DNA of 35,579 nucleotides from a virus (Duplodnaviria > Caudoviricetes), in IMG/VR virus record IMGVR_UViG_3300043932_000058, positions 1 to 35,579 of that record. One strand, written 5' to 3'. Every line of letters starts with the position of its first letter. Within the stretch, counting starts at the first letter, position 1. The translations under genes and the position numbers were made by a program. Below are positions 16,211-25,605 of this stretch, in pieces. The notes beneath the pieces were generated by a model. It saw only the letters and a program-made list of their open reading frames with translations, was not told the origin of the DNA and made no database searches.

Positions 16211-19200
16211 ATGAGTTCGCAAGTGGGTTCCGGCCATATCGCCATCTTCCCGGTCATGACCGGCATTAAGTCGAAGATCTCGAAAGAGTTCAAGTCGGCT
16301 GGTTCGGCGGCGAAATCACAATTTTCTTCGTCGCTCAAGGGTACTGGGACGAGCGCCGGACGGAATCTTGGTAGCGAGCTGAAAGGCGCGTTTTCTTCCT
16401 CGTCGAAGAATATCGCGACGGCCACACTCTCGACCTTGAAGAAGGATGTGGCGTCCGCGTCGTCGGCTCTCTCGGCTGCGCGGCTCAAGCAGCAGGATGA
16501 GGCGGGCAAGGTTCGCGTCGCCGAAGTGAAATTGCAAGAAGCCCTCGCTAAATATGGTGAGGGTTCCTCGCAGGCGGTAGCAGCGGAAGAACGCCTAGCG
16601 TCGGCCCGGCGGCGTAATCAAACCGCGATCGATAACGTGAAGAGCGCTACCGATCGGCTCAAAACGGCGCAAGATAACCTGAAAACTGCTACTGCAAACA
16701 CTGGTGCTGGCGCGGATTCCGCCAAGGCCCGATTCACTTCCTGGCTTGATACTGCCCGCGACAAGGCGAGCTCGGCGGCATCAACCGTAGAAGATCGCCT
16801 GGGTGAAGCGTTCACGTCGGTGACGAAGAAGGTTGGCGCGTTTTCTACCGCTGCGGTTTCCGCCCTCGCCGCGGTGGGGGCGGCGGCGGCGGTACAAGCA
16901 GTATCCATCACAAAACAAGCAGTTTCCGCGTATGCGACGTGGGAGCAGGCTGTTGGTGGCGTGGATACTCTTTTTAAAGACGCCTCGGCCACCGTGCAAA
17001 AGTATGCGGCAGACGCCTATAAGACTGCCGGGCTGTCCGCTAATGATTATATGGACACTGTCACGTCGTTTTCGGCGTCGCTGATTTCGTCTCTCGGTGG
17101 GGATACCGCTGCGGCTGCTGAGCTCGCCAATCAGGCGGTTATCGACATGTCGGATAACGCCAACAAAATGGGCACCGACATGTCCTCAATCCAGCAAACC
17201 TATCAGTCTTTGGCGCGCGGCAACTATGCGATGCTCGACAACTTGAAGCTTGGCTATGGCGGCACTAAGACTGAGCTGCAACGCCTGCTTTCCGACGCCG
17301 AAAAACTGACGGGGCAAAGCTACGATATTTCAAACTTCTCGGACGTTATCTCCGCGATCCACGCCGTACAAACCGAGTTGGGTATCACGGGGACCACTGC
17401 GGAAGAAGCCGCGCACACGATCGACGGTTCCGTCTCAGCAATGAAGTCGGCCTGGTCGAATTGGCTTGCCGAGTTGGGCAAAGATGATGCCGATCTTGAT
17501 GGGATGACGCAAAATCTTGTCGATAGTATCGTGACTGCCGCGAAGAATGTTTTGCCTCGCGTGAAGCAGGTTGTGCAGAGTCTCGTGAAGGCACTGCCTA
17601 GCCTCGTCTCGGGGCTTGTCGATCAGCTACCCGCACCATTCCAGGCGGCGATTGATAGGGTCGTATCTATCTTCGGTAGCTTGAAGGGCTTGTTGGCGCC
17701 GATTTTGGCGACTATCGCCACGATGGGTGCGGGCGGGCTAGGTTCACTTATTTCCCGTATTCCGGTGCTCGGGTCGTCGTTGGGCGGGTTGAGTGGCGTT
17801 TTTACGACGCTAGCAGGCCCTATTGGGCTTGTCCTCGGACTACTGACTGGGCTTGCAGCAGTGGACCCGGCGACTCTTATCGGTGGGTTTGATTCGCTTT
17901 CGAGCATGCTCACTGGCGTGATCTGGAATCTGATCCCGCAGGTAGTGGAGCAGTTTGGGCAGTTAGTGCCGGAAATCGTGACGCGCCTTGGGATGACTAT
18001 CCCAGCGCTGGTTGACGGTTTCGCTTCGATGGCGGATGCCGTCCTGCAGGCGCTTGTTGGGATTGCTCCCCAGATTATCGCCGTGGTGGCGCAGATCGTC
18101 CCCCAGATCATTCAAACGCTGCTGGCGATGGGTGACAATCTGCTCGGCTCGGCGCTGTTGCTTTTCCAATCACTGGTCACAGCGGTGATCCAAGTGGCCC
18201 CGCTCGTGATTCAAGCAATCGTGGACATGCTGCCGTCGATCGTGTCCACACTGACAACGCTTCTGCCGCAACTGCTCACGGCTGCGGTCCAATTTTTCAC
18301 CAGCATAGTGACCGGGTTGCTCCAGGTTCTACCAGTGCTTATCACGGCGCTCATGGGTGCGCTGCCGCAAATCGTGGCAACGCTGCTTTCAATGCTGCCG
18401 TCGCTGCTCCAGACAGCTATCCAGCTTTTCATGATGCTGGTACAAGCCGTGACCGATATTTTGCCTACGTTGCTCGCGACGATCGTTGGTATGCTGCCGT
18501 CGATCCTTAACGCGGTCATTTCGATGATCCCGAGCTTGCTTGCGGCAGCGGTGGAGCTGTTTATGCAGCTAGTGAACGCGATCCCGCAAGTTTTGGCGAA
18601 GCTTCTTTCGGCGATTATTGGGATGCTGCCATCGATTATTTCAACGGTGGTAGGTATGATCCCAACGTTGTTGGCGGCGGCGATACGGCTGTTTGGGGCG
18701 CTCGTCTCAGCCGTCCCGCAAACGATCCCGAAAATTGTGAGCGCAGTGGCCGGATTGGGGCCGAAGCTGGTAGCCGCCGTGGTGGGCATGGTTCCGTCGC
18801 TCGTGAGCGCTGGCGGGCAGCTCATGGCCGGCCTCGCGAAAGGTATCGGAAATGCTGTTGGGGCTGTGGTTTCGGCAGCGAAGAGCGCAGCTAGCAGTGT
18901 CCTGGGTTCGGTGAAAAGTGCTCTCGGCATCCATTCGCCGTCGCGGGTTTTCCGTGACCAGGTGGGTGTGCAGCTCATGCGTGGCGCGGCGGTTGGCGTC
19001 GATGATGAGGCGGGATCCTTTGTTTCGTCTGCGGTTGCTGCTGCGCGGGAAGCGTCGGCGAAAGCTCAGGCTGCTGTGGGGCGTGTGACCGCGAAAATTA
19101 GCCCCTCTGTCTCCGCGGGCATCTCTTCCGTTTCTTCTTCGTCTGCCGCGTCTGTGGTGTCGGCGTCTGTTTCGTCTTCGGATGTGGAGGCGATGGCTGA

Positions 19201-19297
19201 ACGGATCGCGGAGCGGACGGCGAATGCGCTTTATCAGGCGATGACGGGATCGAGTAGGTCGTTGAGTCTGCAATCTAAGGCGGGTGTGGTGATCTGA
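16211..19297 (+). CDS. tape measure protein
   Basis: 1028 aa, Ala/Ser-rich; NYAMLDNLKLGYGGTKTE motif; amphipathic repeats; C-terminal LGIHSPSRVF. Confidence 0.95.
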   Translation: MSSQVGSGHIAIFPVMTGIKSKISKEFKSAGSAAKSQFSSSLKGTGTSAGRNLGSELKGAFSSSSKNIATATLSTLKKDVASASSALSAARLKQQDEAGKVRVAEVKLQEALAKYGEGSSQAVAAEERLASARRRNQTAIDNVKSATDRLKTAQDNLKTATANTGAGADSAKARFTSWLDTARDKASSAASTVEDRLGEAFTSVTKKVGAFSTAAVSALAAVGAAAAVQAVSITKQAVSAYATWEQAVGGVDTLFKDASATVQKYAADAYKTAGLSANDYMDTVTSFSASLISSLGGDTAAAAELANQAVIDMSDNANKMGTDMSSIQQTYQSLARGNYAMLDNLKLGYGGTKTELQRLLSDAEKLTGQSYDISNFSDVISAIHAVQTELGITGTTAEEAAHTIDGSVSAMKSAWSNWLAELGKDDADLDGMTQNLVDSIVTAAKNVLPRVKQVVQSLVKALPSLVSGLVDQLPAPFQAAIDRVVSIFGSLKGLLAPILATIATMGAGGLGSLISRIPVLGSSLGGLSGVFTTLAGPIGLVLGLLTGLAAVDPATLIGGFDSLSSMLTGVIWNLIPQVVEQFGQLVPEIVTRLGMTIPALVDGFASMADAVLQALVGIAPQIIAVVAQIVPQIIQTLLAMGDNLLGSALLLFQSLVTAVIQVAPLVIQAIVDMLPSIVSTLTTLLPQLLTAAVQFFTSIVTGLLQVLPVLITALMGALPQIVATLLSMLPSLLQTAIQLFMMLVQAVTDILPTLLATIVGMLPSILNAVISMIPSLLAAAVELFMQLVNAIPQVLAKLLSAIIGMLPSIISTVVGMIPTLLAAAIRLFGALVSAVPQTIPKIVSAVAGLGPKLVAAVVGMVPSLVSAGGQLMAGLAKGIGNAVGAVVSAAKSAASSVLGSVKSALGIHSPSRVFRDQVGVQLMRGAAVGVDDEAGSFVSSAVAAAREASAKAQAAVGRVTAKISPSVSAGISSVSSSSAASVVSASVSSSDVEAMAERIAERTANALYQAMTGSSRSLSLQSKAGVVI

Positions 19298-20970
19298 TGA
19301 CTACTTGGGGTGCGACGGTAACGGTCGGTTCTGGGACGTCGGCGCGTATCGGGCTTGATATTCAGAATGCCGATAGCGGTAATCCGGTCCGTGCAGTGCT
19401 GCGTTTGCAGGTGACTGCCGGGTATTTTTCCACAGGCTATGGATCGTGGTCTATCGGCGGGTCGATGGCCGATTCCGGGTCGATCAGCGGCACATACGGC
19501 GTGGGCACTTACACGCTGGGGTATGTGGATAAGACTGTGACCCGTAAGTACGGCAGTGCGTATGGCGGTTACAACACCGCGTCTGCGTCGATCTTGGGCC
19601 ACGGTTTGTCGGTGGGTAAGGTTTCATGGTCCGTCCCGGCGCTGCCGTACGTTGCGCCGTCTGCGCCGTCGAATTTGAAGGCGACGCGCAATTCCGATTC
19701 TAAAGCGACGCTAACGTGGACAAACCATCCATCTACTGCGGGTCCGTATAGTTCGCTCACGATGCAGCGGCAGAAGGATGGCAGCTCTTGGGCGACGGTC
19801 GCATCCTCAGTGTCGAAGTCTGCCACATCGTGGGCGGATACCACTATTTCTGCTGGTCACAGGTACAATTATCGGATTCGTGCGAATGGGCCAGGCGGAT
19901 CGTCTGGCTGGCATAGAGTATCGTACCAGTCGGATATTTCGACGACGCCTGTCGCGCCTACGAGCGTTACGGCAGTCAAAAGCGAGTCTGGGGATATTAC
20001 TACCGCCGCAACCTACAGCGGGTACACGTGGGGCGTCACTTATGATGTGGCTGACGCACCGAATGGTGGGGATAAAGTAGTTCTCGCGACCGGGCTATCA
20101 ACCCTGTCGTATGTACATGCCTCGCCAGATAATACGAAAACGCATCAGTATTTTTGGCGTGCGGTTGCCGCGGAGCCGGGGGCGTCGTCTCCTGATCCGA
20201 CGCTGACAGGCCCATGGTCTGCCGGGTCTGGTGTGGTGCAGCTTTTGGCGCCGCCTAATCCGCCGCTCGTCGTGATCGGCGACGGCACTGGGACGCTTGA
20301 TCGCGACCAAGACATTACTGTCTCTGTCACTCATCAGAGCGTGGATACGACGGCGCAGACTGCTGCTGAGGTTCGGTGGCGTCTCGATGGTGGTGATTGG
20401 GTTACAGTCACTCTCACGACACAGACGACTGCTTCTATCGCGGCGCCTGGTACGTCTGGGTTGCTGGAAGTGCAGGCCCGCACGAAAGGCGCCTACGGCG
20501 AATTTGGGGACTGGTCGGGGACGGTTTCGGCGTCGCTTGTAGCCCGCCCAACGGTCGCACTATCCACTCCCACGGGGACGATTGAGACGTCTCGCGCCGC
20601 CTGGGAGTTCACCTATTACAACGCCGACGGTTCGGCGCAGGCAGCATGGCAGGCGCGTCTCTATCAGGGTTCTACGCTCCTGGAAACCGCGACCGGCACC
20701 ACTGAAACGGGGGGAACGTTCGCGACCGCCCTGTCCGACGGTACAGACTATCGGATCACGGCGCGGGTCCGTGCAGGAAACGGCCTCTGGTCGGATACGG
20801 ACGAAACCGAGTTTACGACCGATTTCCCGCCACCTGCTGTCGCTGAGGTGACCGCCATCTGGGATCGGGAGCGTGGCGTGAATCAAATCAGCTTCACGGT
20901 GGATACGTCCTCGATCCCGCTAGTGGTCATGCGGGACACGTCTACCGGCAATCTTGTCTACACAGTCTAG
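19297..20970 (+). CDS. minor tail protein with fibronectin type III-like domains
   Basis: PSAPSNLKAT...LTW...YNYRIRANGPGGSS and further PxxP..Y..RA repeats; follows the tape measure gene. Confidence 0.8.
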   Translation: MTTWGATVTVGSGTSARIGLDIQNADSGNPVRAVLRLQVTAGYFSTGYGSWSIGGSMADSGSISGTYGVGTYTLGYVDKTVTRKYGSAYGGYNTASASILGHGLSVGKVSWSVPALPYVAPSAPSNLKATRNSDSKATLTWTNHPSTAGPYSSLTMQRQKDGSSWATVASSVSKSATSWADTTISAGHRYNYRIRANGPGGSSGWHRVSYQSDISTTPVAPTSVTAVKSESGDITTAATYSGYTWGVTYDVADAPNGGDKVVLATGLSTLSYVHASPDNTKTHQYFWRAVAAEPGASSPDPTLTGPWSAGSGVVQLLAPPNPPLVVIGDGTGTLDRDQDITVSVTHQSVDTTAQTAAEVRWRLDGGDWVTVTLTTQTTASIAAPGTSGLLEVQARTKGAYGEFGDWSGTVSASLVARPTVALSTPTGTIETSRAAWEFTYYNADGSAQAAWQARLYQGSTLLETATGTTETGGTFATALSDGTDYRITARVRAGNGLWSDTDETEFTTDFPPPAVAEVTAIWDRERGVNQISFTVDTSSIPLVVMRDTSTGNLVYTV

Positions 20971-20980
20971 GGAGTAGAGC

Positions 20981-22600
20981 ATGGCATACGAGGATAATCA
21001 GATTATCGTCACGAAAGACCTGCTGGACGCGGCTACTACCAGTGCGAACGCGTACGCCGATAGTGGTGATGCGGCGACGTTGGCGGCAGCGAAAGATTAT
21101 GTGGACCGGCGTTCTGCCCTGATTTGGGATGAGGATGCGGGCGAGTACACCACGGATTCACTGCGGGTGATGCTCGGCTCGCGTGCTGACGGCCTGGCCT
21201 ACGGGGTGAGCATCCCAAAAGGCAGCGCGACGGCGTGCACGAAGCTGGGCGCTAATGCCGGTATCGCGGTGCCAACGCCGGGCGTGATCGGGACTCCGGC
21301 GGTTGATCCATACACTTTGCGGGGGCCGTTCTTCTACATGGAGGTCAACGCGACCGTGGACGCGGATGGGTTCCCGCATGTGACTGGAATCCGTGGAGAC
21401 GGCCGGTTTGCGCGGGACGGCTCGAACGGCGACGTGTGGATCCTGACGCCAGTGCTTTATTGGTCATGGGTTGAGACTGACGTCGATGTGCAGATTTTCG
21501 TGTCGGACACTCAGCTTTCTGGGATGGAGCCGCAACCTAAAGCTAAACTACCTGACGGGAATCTGCGCCCGTTCATGTTGTTCGCGAAATATCCTCTCAG
21601 TGTGGACTCGTCCGGCATCGCGCGGTCAATCTCTGGGACTCCTATCGCGGCCCGCACCGTCTCCCACGACTCGCTGATCACGATCTGCAAGACTGCCACC
21701 ACTGGCTATGCAGGCAAATCGTATGCGGATGACTGGTATGTGAAAATCATGTTCCTGCTCAAATACGCGACAAAGAACTCGCAGTCCGTTTTCGCGGGCG
21801 TCACCAACTATAATTTCCAGGTCGCACCTGCTGTCGCTGAGTCCGGCACCACGCGGATCATCATCCCCACCACGACCGCAAACAACATCCCGATCGGCGC
21901 AGGCGTAATGCTCGGCAAGAACGATTCCGGATCAACCGACCGTAACACCACGGGCATGTATAACGTTTTCGATACCGCCCGCGTCGTATCCAAAGAAGCC
22001 TACGACTCGTCCAATACGGCGATCTCAGTAGATGCGGCGGCATTCTCCACCGCAACCACCTACATGCTCTCCACCGCGTCGTGGCCCACCGGTGGCTGTG
22101 ACGCGGTAGAAGGCGACGGCAGCCCATACAATCCATTCTCGGGCCGCGAGCCGTTCACAATCCAAGGAATCGAAATCGGGCACGGCATGGACGAGATCCT
22201 CGGCGACGTGATCCTCAAGAGCGACGGGTCGACGGGCTGGCAGATCTACATCAACCCGGACTCGAAGAACGAGGCTACCAGCGTCACCTCGACGTATGTC
22301 GCCTCCGGAAAATATCTACCGCCGGCCGACGCCGACGCGACGATCTGGACGCTATATCCATCCAATGCAGCGGGTCTGCTCTACGGGCAGGGGATGGGAG
22401 GCTCGTCCTCCACGGGCCTCGGTGACGCCAGTTATGTCCACGGCACGTCTGTCTCGGGTACGCGGCAGTGGCGTTCTCTGGGCAGCCTGTGGAACTCCTC
22501 GTTCGCTGGCCTCTGGTGCGTCGACGGGCGCTACACGCTCTCCGACACGCGGTGGAACATTGGCTCCCGCCTCTCTGCGATCGGTCGGTCGCAGGGGTGA
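20981..22600 (+). CDS. putative receptor-binding tail protein with C-terminal C-type-lectin-like, DGR variable-region-type end
   Basis: FLLKYATKNSQSVFAG, GIEIGHGMDEILGD, and C-terminal LGSLWNSSFAGLWCVDGRYTLSDTRWNIGSRLS resemble DGR target proteins. Confidence 0.75.
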   Translation: MAYEDNQIIVTKDLLDAATTSANAYADSGDAATLAAAKDYVDRRSALIWDEDAGEYTTDSLRVMLGSRADGLAYGVSIPKGSATACTKLGANAGIAVPTPGVIGTPAVDPYTLRGPFFYMEVNATVDADGFPHVTGIRGDGRFARDGSNGDVWILTPVLYWSWVETDVDVQIFVSDTQLSGMEPQPKAKLPDGNLRPFMLFAKYPLSVDSSGIARSISGTPIAARTVSHDSLITICKTATTGYAGKSYADDWYVKIMFLLKYATKNSQSVFAGVTNYNFQVAPAVAESGTTRIIIPTTTANNIPIGAGVMLGKNDSGSTDRNTTGMYNVFDTARVVSKEAYDSSNTAISVDAAAFSTATTYMLSTASWPTGGCDAVEGDGSPYNPFSGREPFTIQGIEIGHGMDEILGDVILKSDGSTGWQIYINPDSKNEATSVTSTYVASGKYLPPADADATIWTLYPSNAAGLLYGQGMGGSSSTGLGDASYVHGTSVSGTRQWRSLGSLWNSSFAGLWCVDGRYTLSDTRWNIGSRLSAIGRSQG

Positions 22601-22633
22601 GCGCCAAGGGCGCGAGGTGGCGGAAGCCACCTC
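22601..22633 (+). other. tandem GC-rich hairpins downstream of the putative variable region
   Basis: GCGCC-AAG-GGCGC (22601-22613) and GAGGTGGC-GGAA-GCCACCTC (22614-22633); no U-tract follows. Confidence 0.7.
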
Positions 22634-22647
22634 TATGAAATCATGAG

Positions 22648-22884
22648 GGATTCGTGACGCGGCCTGGACGGACCACTATCCGGGCCTCGATTTTCCTGCG
22701 CGCTAGGAAAGCATTCCGTAGGTTTGCGCGGCATCCGAGCCTCACGCTCGCTCGGCGCGTCCGCTCCTATTGGGGCTGGGTAACGCATGCGGATTCCAGG
22801 AGATTTATAGCCCGCGCGCACCTGGTTGAGGTGCAGCGATCAGCGCGGGCTCTCGTATCCATCTCAGAAAGGCGGATCTCATGA
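22648..22884 (+). pseudogene. C-terminal remnant of a DGR-type reverse transcriptase
   Basis: GFVTRPGRTTIRASIFLRARKAFRR...RSYWGWVTHADS resembles RT motif 7 plus the thumb SYxGxxxHxxS motif. There is no YxDD and an in-frame stop sits at 22636-22638. Confidence 0.75.
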
Positions 22885-23207
22885 TCCATACGAAATCTGC
22901 AACGCCGCTGGAAAAGGTAATGGTTGAACCGTCCGCCAGTGGCGGCTGTCATGTCTGGCTGCGAAAAAATATCACCGAGTCTGTCGAAACGTTCGACGGC
23001 GTTGAAACCACTGTCTATGAGGCGGATGAGCTGTACTACTACTCCGCCGAGGTGGTGACCGCCGCTGAGGTTGAGGCCGATTTTTCCTCACTGTGGACAC
23101 TCCACCAGGACGACGGGCTGACGGACACTGAGCGCGCGCAGGCGAGGATTGCCGAGCTGGAGAGCGCGCTGGTCGAGCTGGCTGACCTCATAGGGGGTGC
23201 AGAGTAA
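22881..23207 (+). CDS. hypothetical tail-fibre-associated protein
   Basis: GAAAGG RBS; ATGA overlap; VWLRKNI...VYEADE; C-terminal LESALVELADL. Confidence 0.7.
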   Translation: MIHTKSATPLEKVMVEPSASGGCHVWLRKNITESVETFDGVETTVYEADELYYYSAEVVTAAEVEADFSSLWTLHQDDGLTDTERAQARIAELESALVELADLIGGAE

Positions 23208-23317
23208 TGGCGAAAATCTATGCACGTCTCGTCGCTGCTGGTACACGTACGCTGGAGTCCATCCCAGAAAGGTGGCGCGCCGAAGTCGAGGCGCTGCTAG
23301 GTGAGGGAGCGTCCTGA
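23207..23317 (+). CDS. CD1375/XkdX-like small protein (36 aa, not in the ORF track)
   Basis: MAKIYARLVAAGTRTLESIPERWRAEVEALLGEGAS*; coupled to both neighbours (TAATG, TGATG). Confidence 0.8.
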   Translation: MAKIYARLVAAGTRTLESIPERWRAEVEALLGEGAS

Positions 23318-23991
23318 TGGCGTCAAACATTCAGATTGTGGACGGGCACCCGTATTTTGTGGAAGGTGCGGATGACGCGTTTATTTCGCACGCTCTGACA
23401 GGTGACCTGGTGTGGGAGCCGACGAGCGATGCCGCGGTTACGCCAGAGACGGTGGATGTTTTCTGGTGGAATGCTGAGGCTGGCGAGTGGCAGGCGGTCG
23501 TGGAGGATGTGGATCTGGGTGCTGCTGTCACGCATACGACGCCGTATCTTGCGGAGAACCGCTATAAGGCTGTTACACACACGTCGCTGCCGTCGTCTGC
23601 TGAGGGGCCGGAGCTGGTGCAGGCCGTAAACGAACAAATCTGGCACTATATCAACAGTGGTGATGGTTTTGGTGATGTGGTGCGCGCGGCAGGCAATCCA
23701 GCACGCGAAGAATCTCCGATGCTCGCAAAAGAAGTCGTGCAGCCATCCGGCGCTACATGGCCGATGGTTTTGCGGGGCAAGGCCCGGTCGAATCAGATCA
23801 CCCAAGATTTGCGGATCACGCCGGACGCGTCGCAAGAACCGGAATGGCGTGATCTTGCCTATAAGGATTCGAGTATTTGTTTACGCACTCCGATCCGGCG
23901 AGTGATCGGCGAACTCACCTCCTTGAAGTTTTCAGATGGTGGGCAGGGTGTCTATGATGTTTCCCTGACAGTGCAGCAGACGGGAGTCTGA
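23317..23991 (+). CDS. minor tail protein
   Basis: Coupled ORF within the tail module; beta-rich. Confidence 0.7.
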   Translation: MASNIQIVDGHPYFVEGADDAFISHALTGDLVWEPTSDAAVTPETVDVFWWNAEAGEWQAVVEDVDLGAAVTHTTPYLAENRYKAVTHTSLPSSAEGPELVQAVNEQIWHYINSGDGFGDVVRAAGNPAREESPMLAKEVVQPSGATWPMVLRGKARSNQITQDLRITPDASQEPEWRDLAYKDSSICLRTPIRRVIGELTSLKFSDGGQGVYDVSLTVQQTGV

Positions 23992-23992
23992 G

Positions 23993-25036
23993 ATGGGGTC
24001 GCATACTCTCACCTCGTGGGTGGATGTCCTCGACACTAGCGATAATTTCATGTACACACTCCCCGTCACCGCCGATGGAGTACGGATTGTCACTGGTGGG
24101 GATATCACGAAATCGACGGGGCAGACGGTGCGCGGGCAGGGTTCGATCGATTTGCGTGGCGAAATCGACCTGCTAAACGTCAGGTTTCGGCCGTGGCGCG
24201 AGGTTGATGGGGTTGCGTGGCCTCTCGGGATTTTCGTCCCAGAAACCCCGGACATTGACTGGTCAGGTCTCGGCGCGGCCCGGAGTGTGGGCCTGCTCGA
24301 CAAGCTCACGCTCCTGGATCGGGCGAAACGCATGGACGAATACTCACTGCCTGCGGGGACGGTTGTCACGTCGGCGATTCGTGACCTGATCGAGTGGACT
24401 GGCGAGGCCGCTACCGGTATCGAGGTCGGGACGGATGTGCTGCGGACGGCGATCTCATGGGATCGGGGCACGACGGTCCTCGCGATTATCAACGATCTTT
24501 TGGATGCGATCAACTGTTTTTCCCTGCACGTGGATTCCGCGGGGAGGTTTCAGGTTACGCCGTACGTTGCTCCTGCGAGTCGGCCTATCGTCGTCGAGTT
24601 TATCCATGGTGAGAACGCGCAGTTTATGGACGAGTGGACAGAGACGCGTGACCTTGCGAGTGTCCCGAACCACTTCGCGTGCTATACGGCTGGGGATGAT
24701 GAGACGCCAGGCCTGATGGCAGAAGCCTACAACGACGACCCGGACGATCCGCTTTCCACCGTGAATCGTGGGGTGGTGTCTGCCGATCCGGAGCAGATCG
24801 AGGCGACAGATCAAGCGGTACTGGATGCGTATGCGGCGCGGCGTCTGATCGAGGTGGGCGCGGTGACTCGCACGGTGGAGATCGAGCATGTGCCCATGAA
24901 TCTACAGCTCAACGACGCGGTGCACTTCGTCCATCCGCCGTCGGGGATTGATGGGCGGTTTGTGGTGACAAAAACGGTGGAGCCGATCGACGAGGTGGCT
25001 TTGCAGAAAACGACGCTGCGGGAGGTGGTGGGCTGA
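23993..25036 (+). CDS. minor tail / baseplate hub-like protein
   Basis: WPLGIF, LLDKLTLLD, IINDLLDAIN, VPN...AYNDDPDDPLSTVNRG; tail module position. Confidence 0.75.
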   Translation: MGSHTLTSWVDVLDTSDNFMYTLPVTADGVRIVTGGDITKSTGQTVRGQGSIDLRGEIDLLNVRFRPWREVDGVAWPLGIFVPETPDIDWSGLGAARSVGLLDKLTLLDRAKRMDEYSLPAGTVVTSAIRDLIEWTGEAATGIEVGTDVLRTAISWDRGTTVLAIINDLLDAINCFSLHVDSAGRFQVTPYVAPASRPIVVEFIHGENAQFMDEWTETRDLASVPNHFACYTAGDDETPGLMAEAYNDDPDDPLSTVNRGVVSADPEQIEATDQAVLDAYAARRLIEVGAVTRTVEIEHVPMNLQLNDAVHFVHPPSGIDGRFVVTKTVEPIDEVALQKTTLREVVG

Positions 25037-25536
25037 TGGCTTTCACGGACACAGTTTTGGAGTCGGCGCGGAAAATCGCGTTGGATGTGGTGCGGAAATA
25101 CTCCCCCACGTTCCAGTGGGCTGCGGTGACCTCGACTGATCCGCTACAAGTCAGGTATGACGGGCGGTCTGATCCTCTAGCGGTCTCGCCATCCACGCTG
25201 GTGGGTGGGCTCATGGTAGGGGATCGTGTCTATGTAGTCACCTATATGCGGCGTGCGGTCATCGTCGGGAAAGCGGGAGGCGTATCTCCAGCAATCTATC
25301 GAGTAGACGGCACGGAAATCACCGTGACTGGAGGCGGGAGCAACTACGTCGCGCAAACAATTTCTTTCAAAGATCGTGGATCGGTACCGGCCATATATCC
25401 CGGCTACTGCGCCGGTCCAAATTTTAAAGGTTACATATCGGTGCAGCAGATAGCCGCATCGTCGTGCGTGATCCGCGTATGGAATGCTGGGACTGCCGAC
25501 TGGACTGGGACGCCTACCATACTGCTCGTCTACTAG
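25036..25536 (+). CDS. minor tail protein (OB-fold-like N-terminus, divergent C-terminus)
   Basis: AAVTSTDPLQVRYDG...LMVGDRVYV N-terminal pattern; last gene of the tail module. Confidence 0.7.
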   Translation: MAFTDTVLESARKIALDVVRKYSPTFQWAAVTSTDPLQVRYDGRSDPLAVSPSTLVGGLMVGDRVYVVTYMRRAVIVGKAGGVSPAIYRVDGTEITVTGGGSNYVAQTISFKDRGSVPAIYPGYCAGPNFKGYISVQQIAASSCVIRVWNAGTADWTGTPTILLVY

Positions 25537-25556
25537 CCCCACCTCAACACAATCTC

Positions 25557-25581
25557 AAGCCCGCTCACTGCGGGCTTTTTT
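25557..25581 (+). terminator. intrinsic terminator after the tail module
   Basis: AAGCCCGC-TCACT-GCGGGCTTTTTT. Confidence 0.85.
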
Positions 25582-25605
25582 CATGCCCAAAAACGAGGAG
25601 GAAAA

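Noticed and set aside
17623-19273. Antisense ORFs and internal repeats in the tape measure gene
   Set aside because: They are expected by-products of high GC and the amphipathic repeat structure of tape measure proteins.
22648-22884. Active DGR, retron or group II intron RT
   Set aside because: Only a C-terminal stub is present, without the catalytic YxDD, and I found no template repeat by eye.
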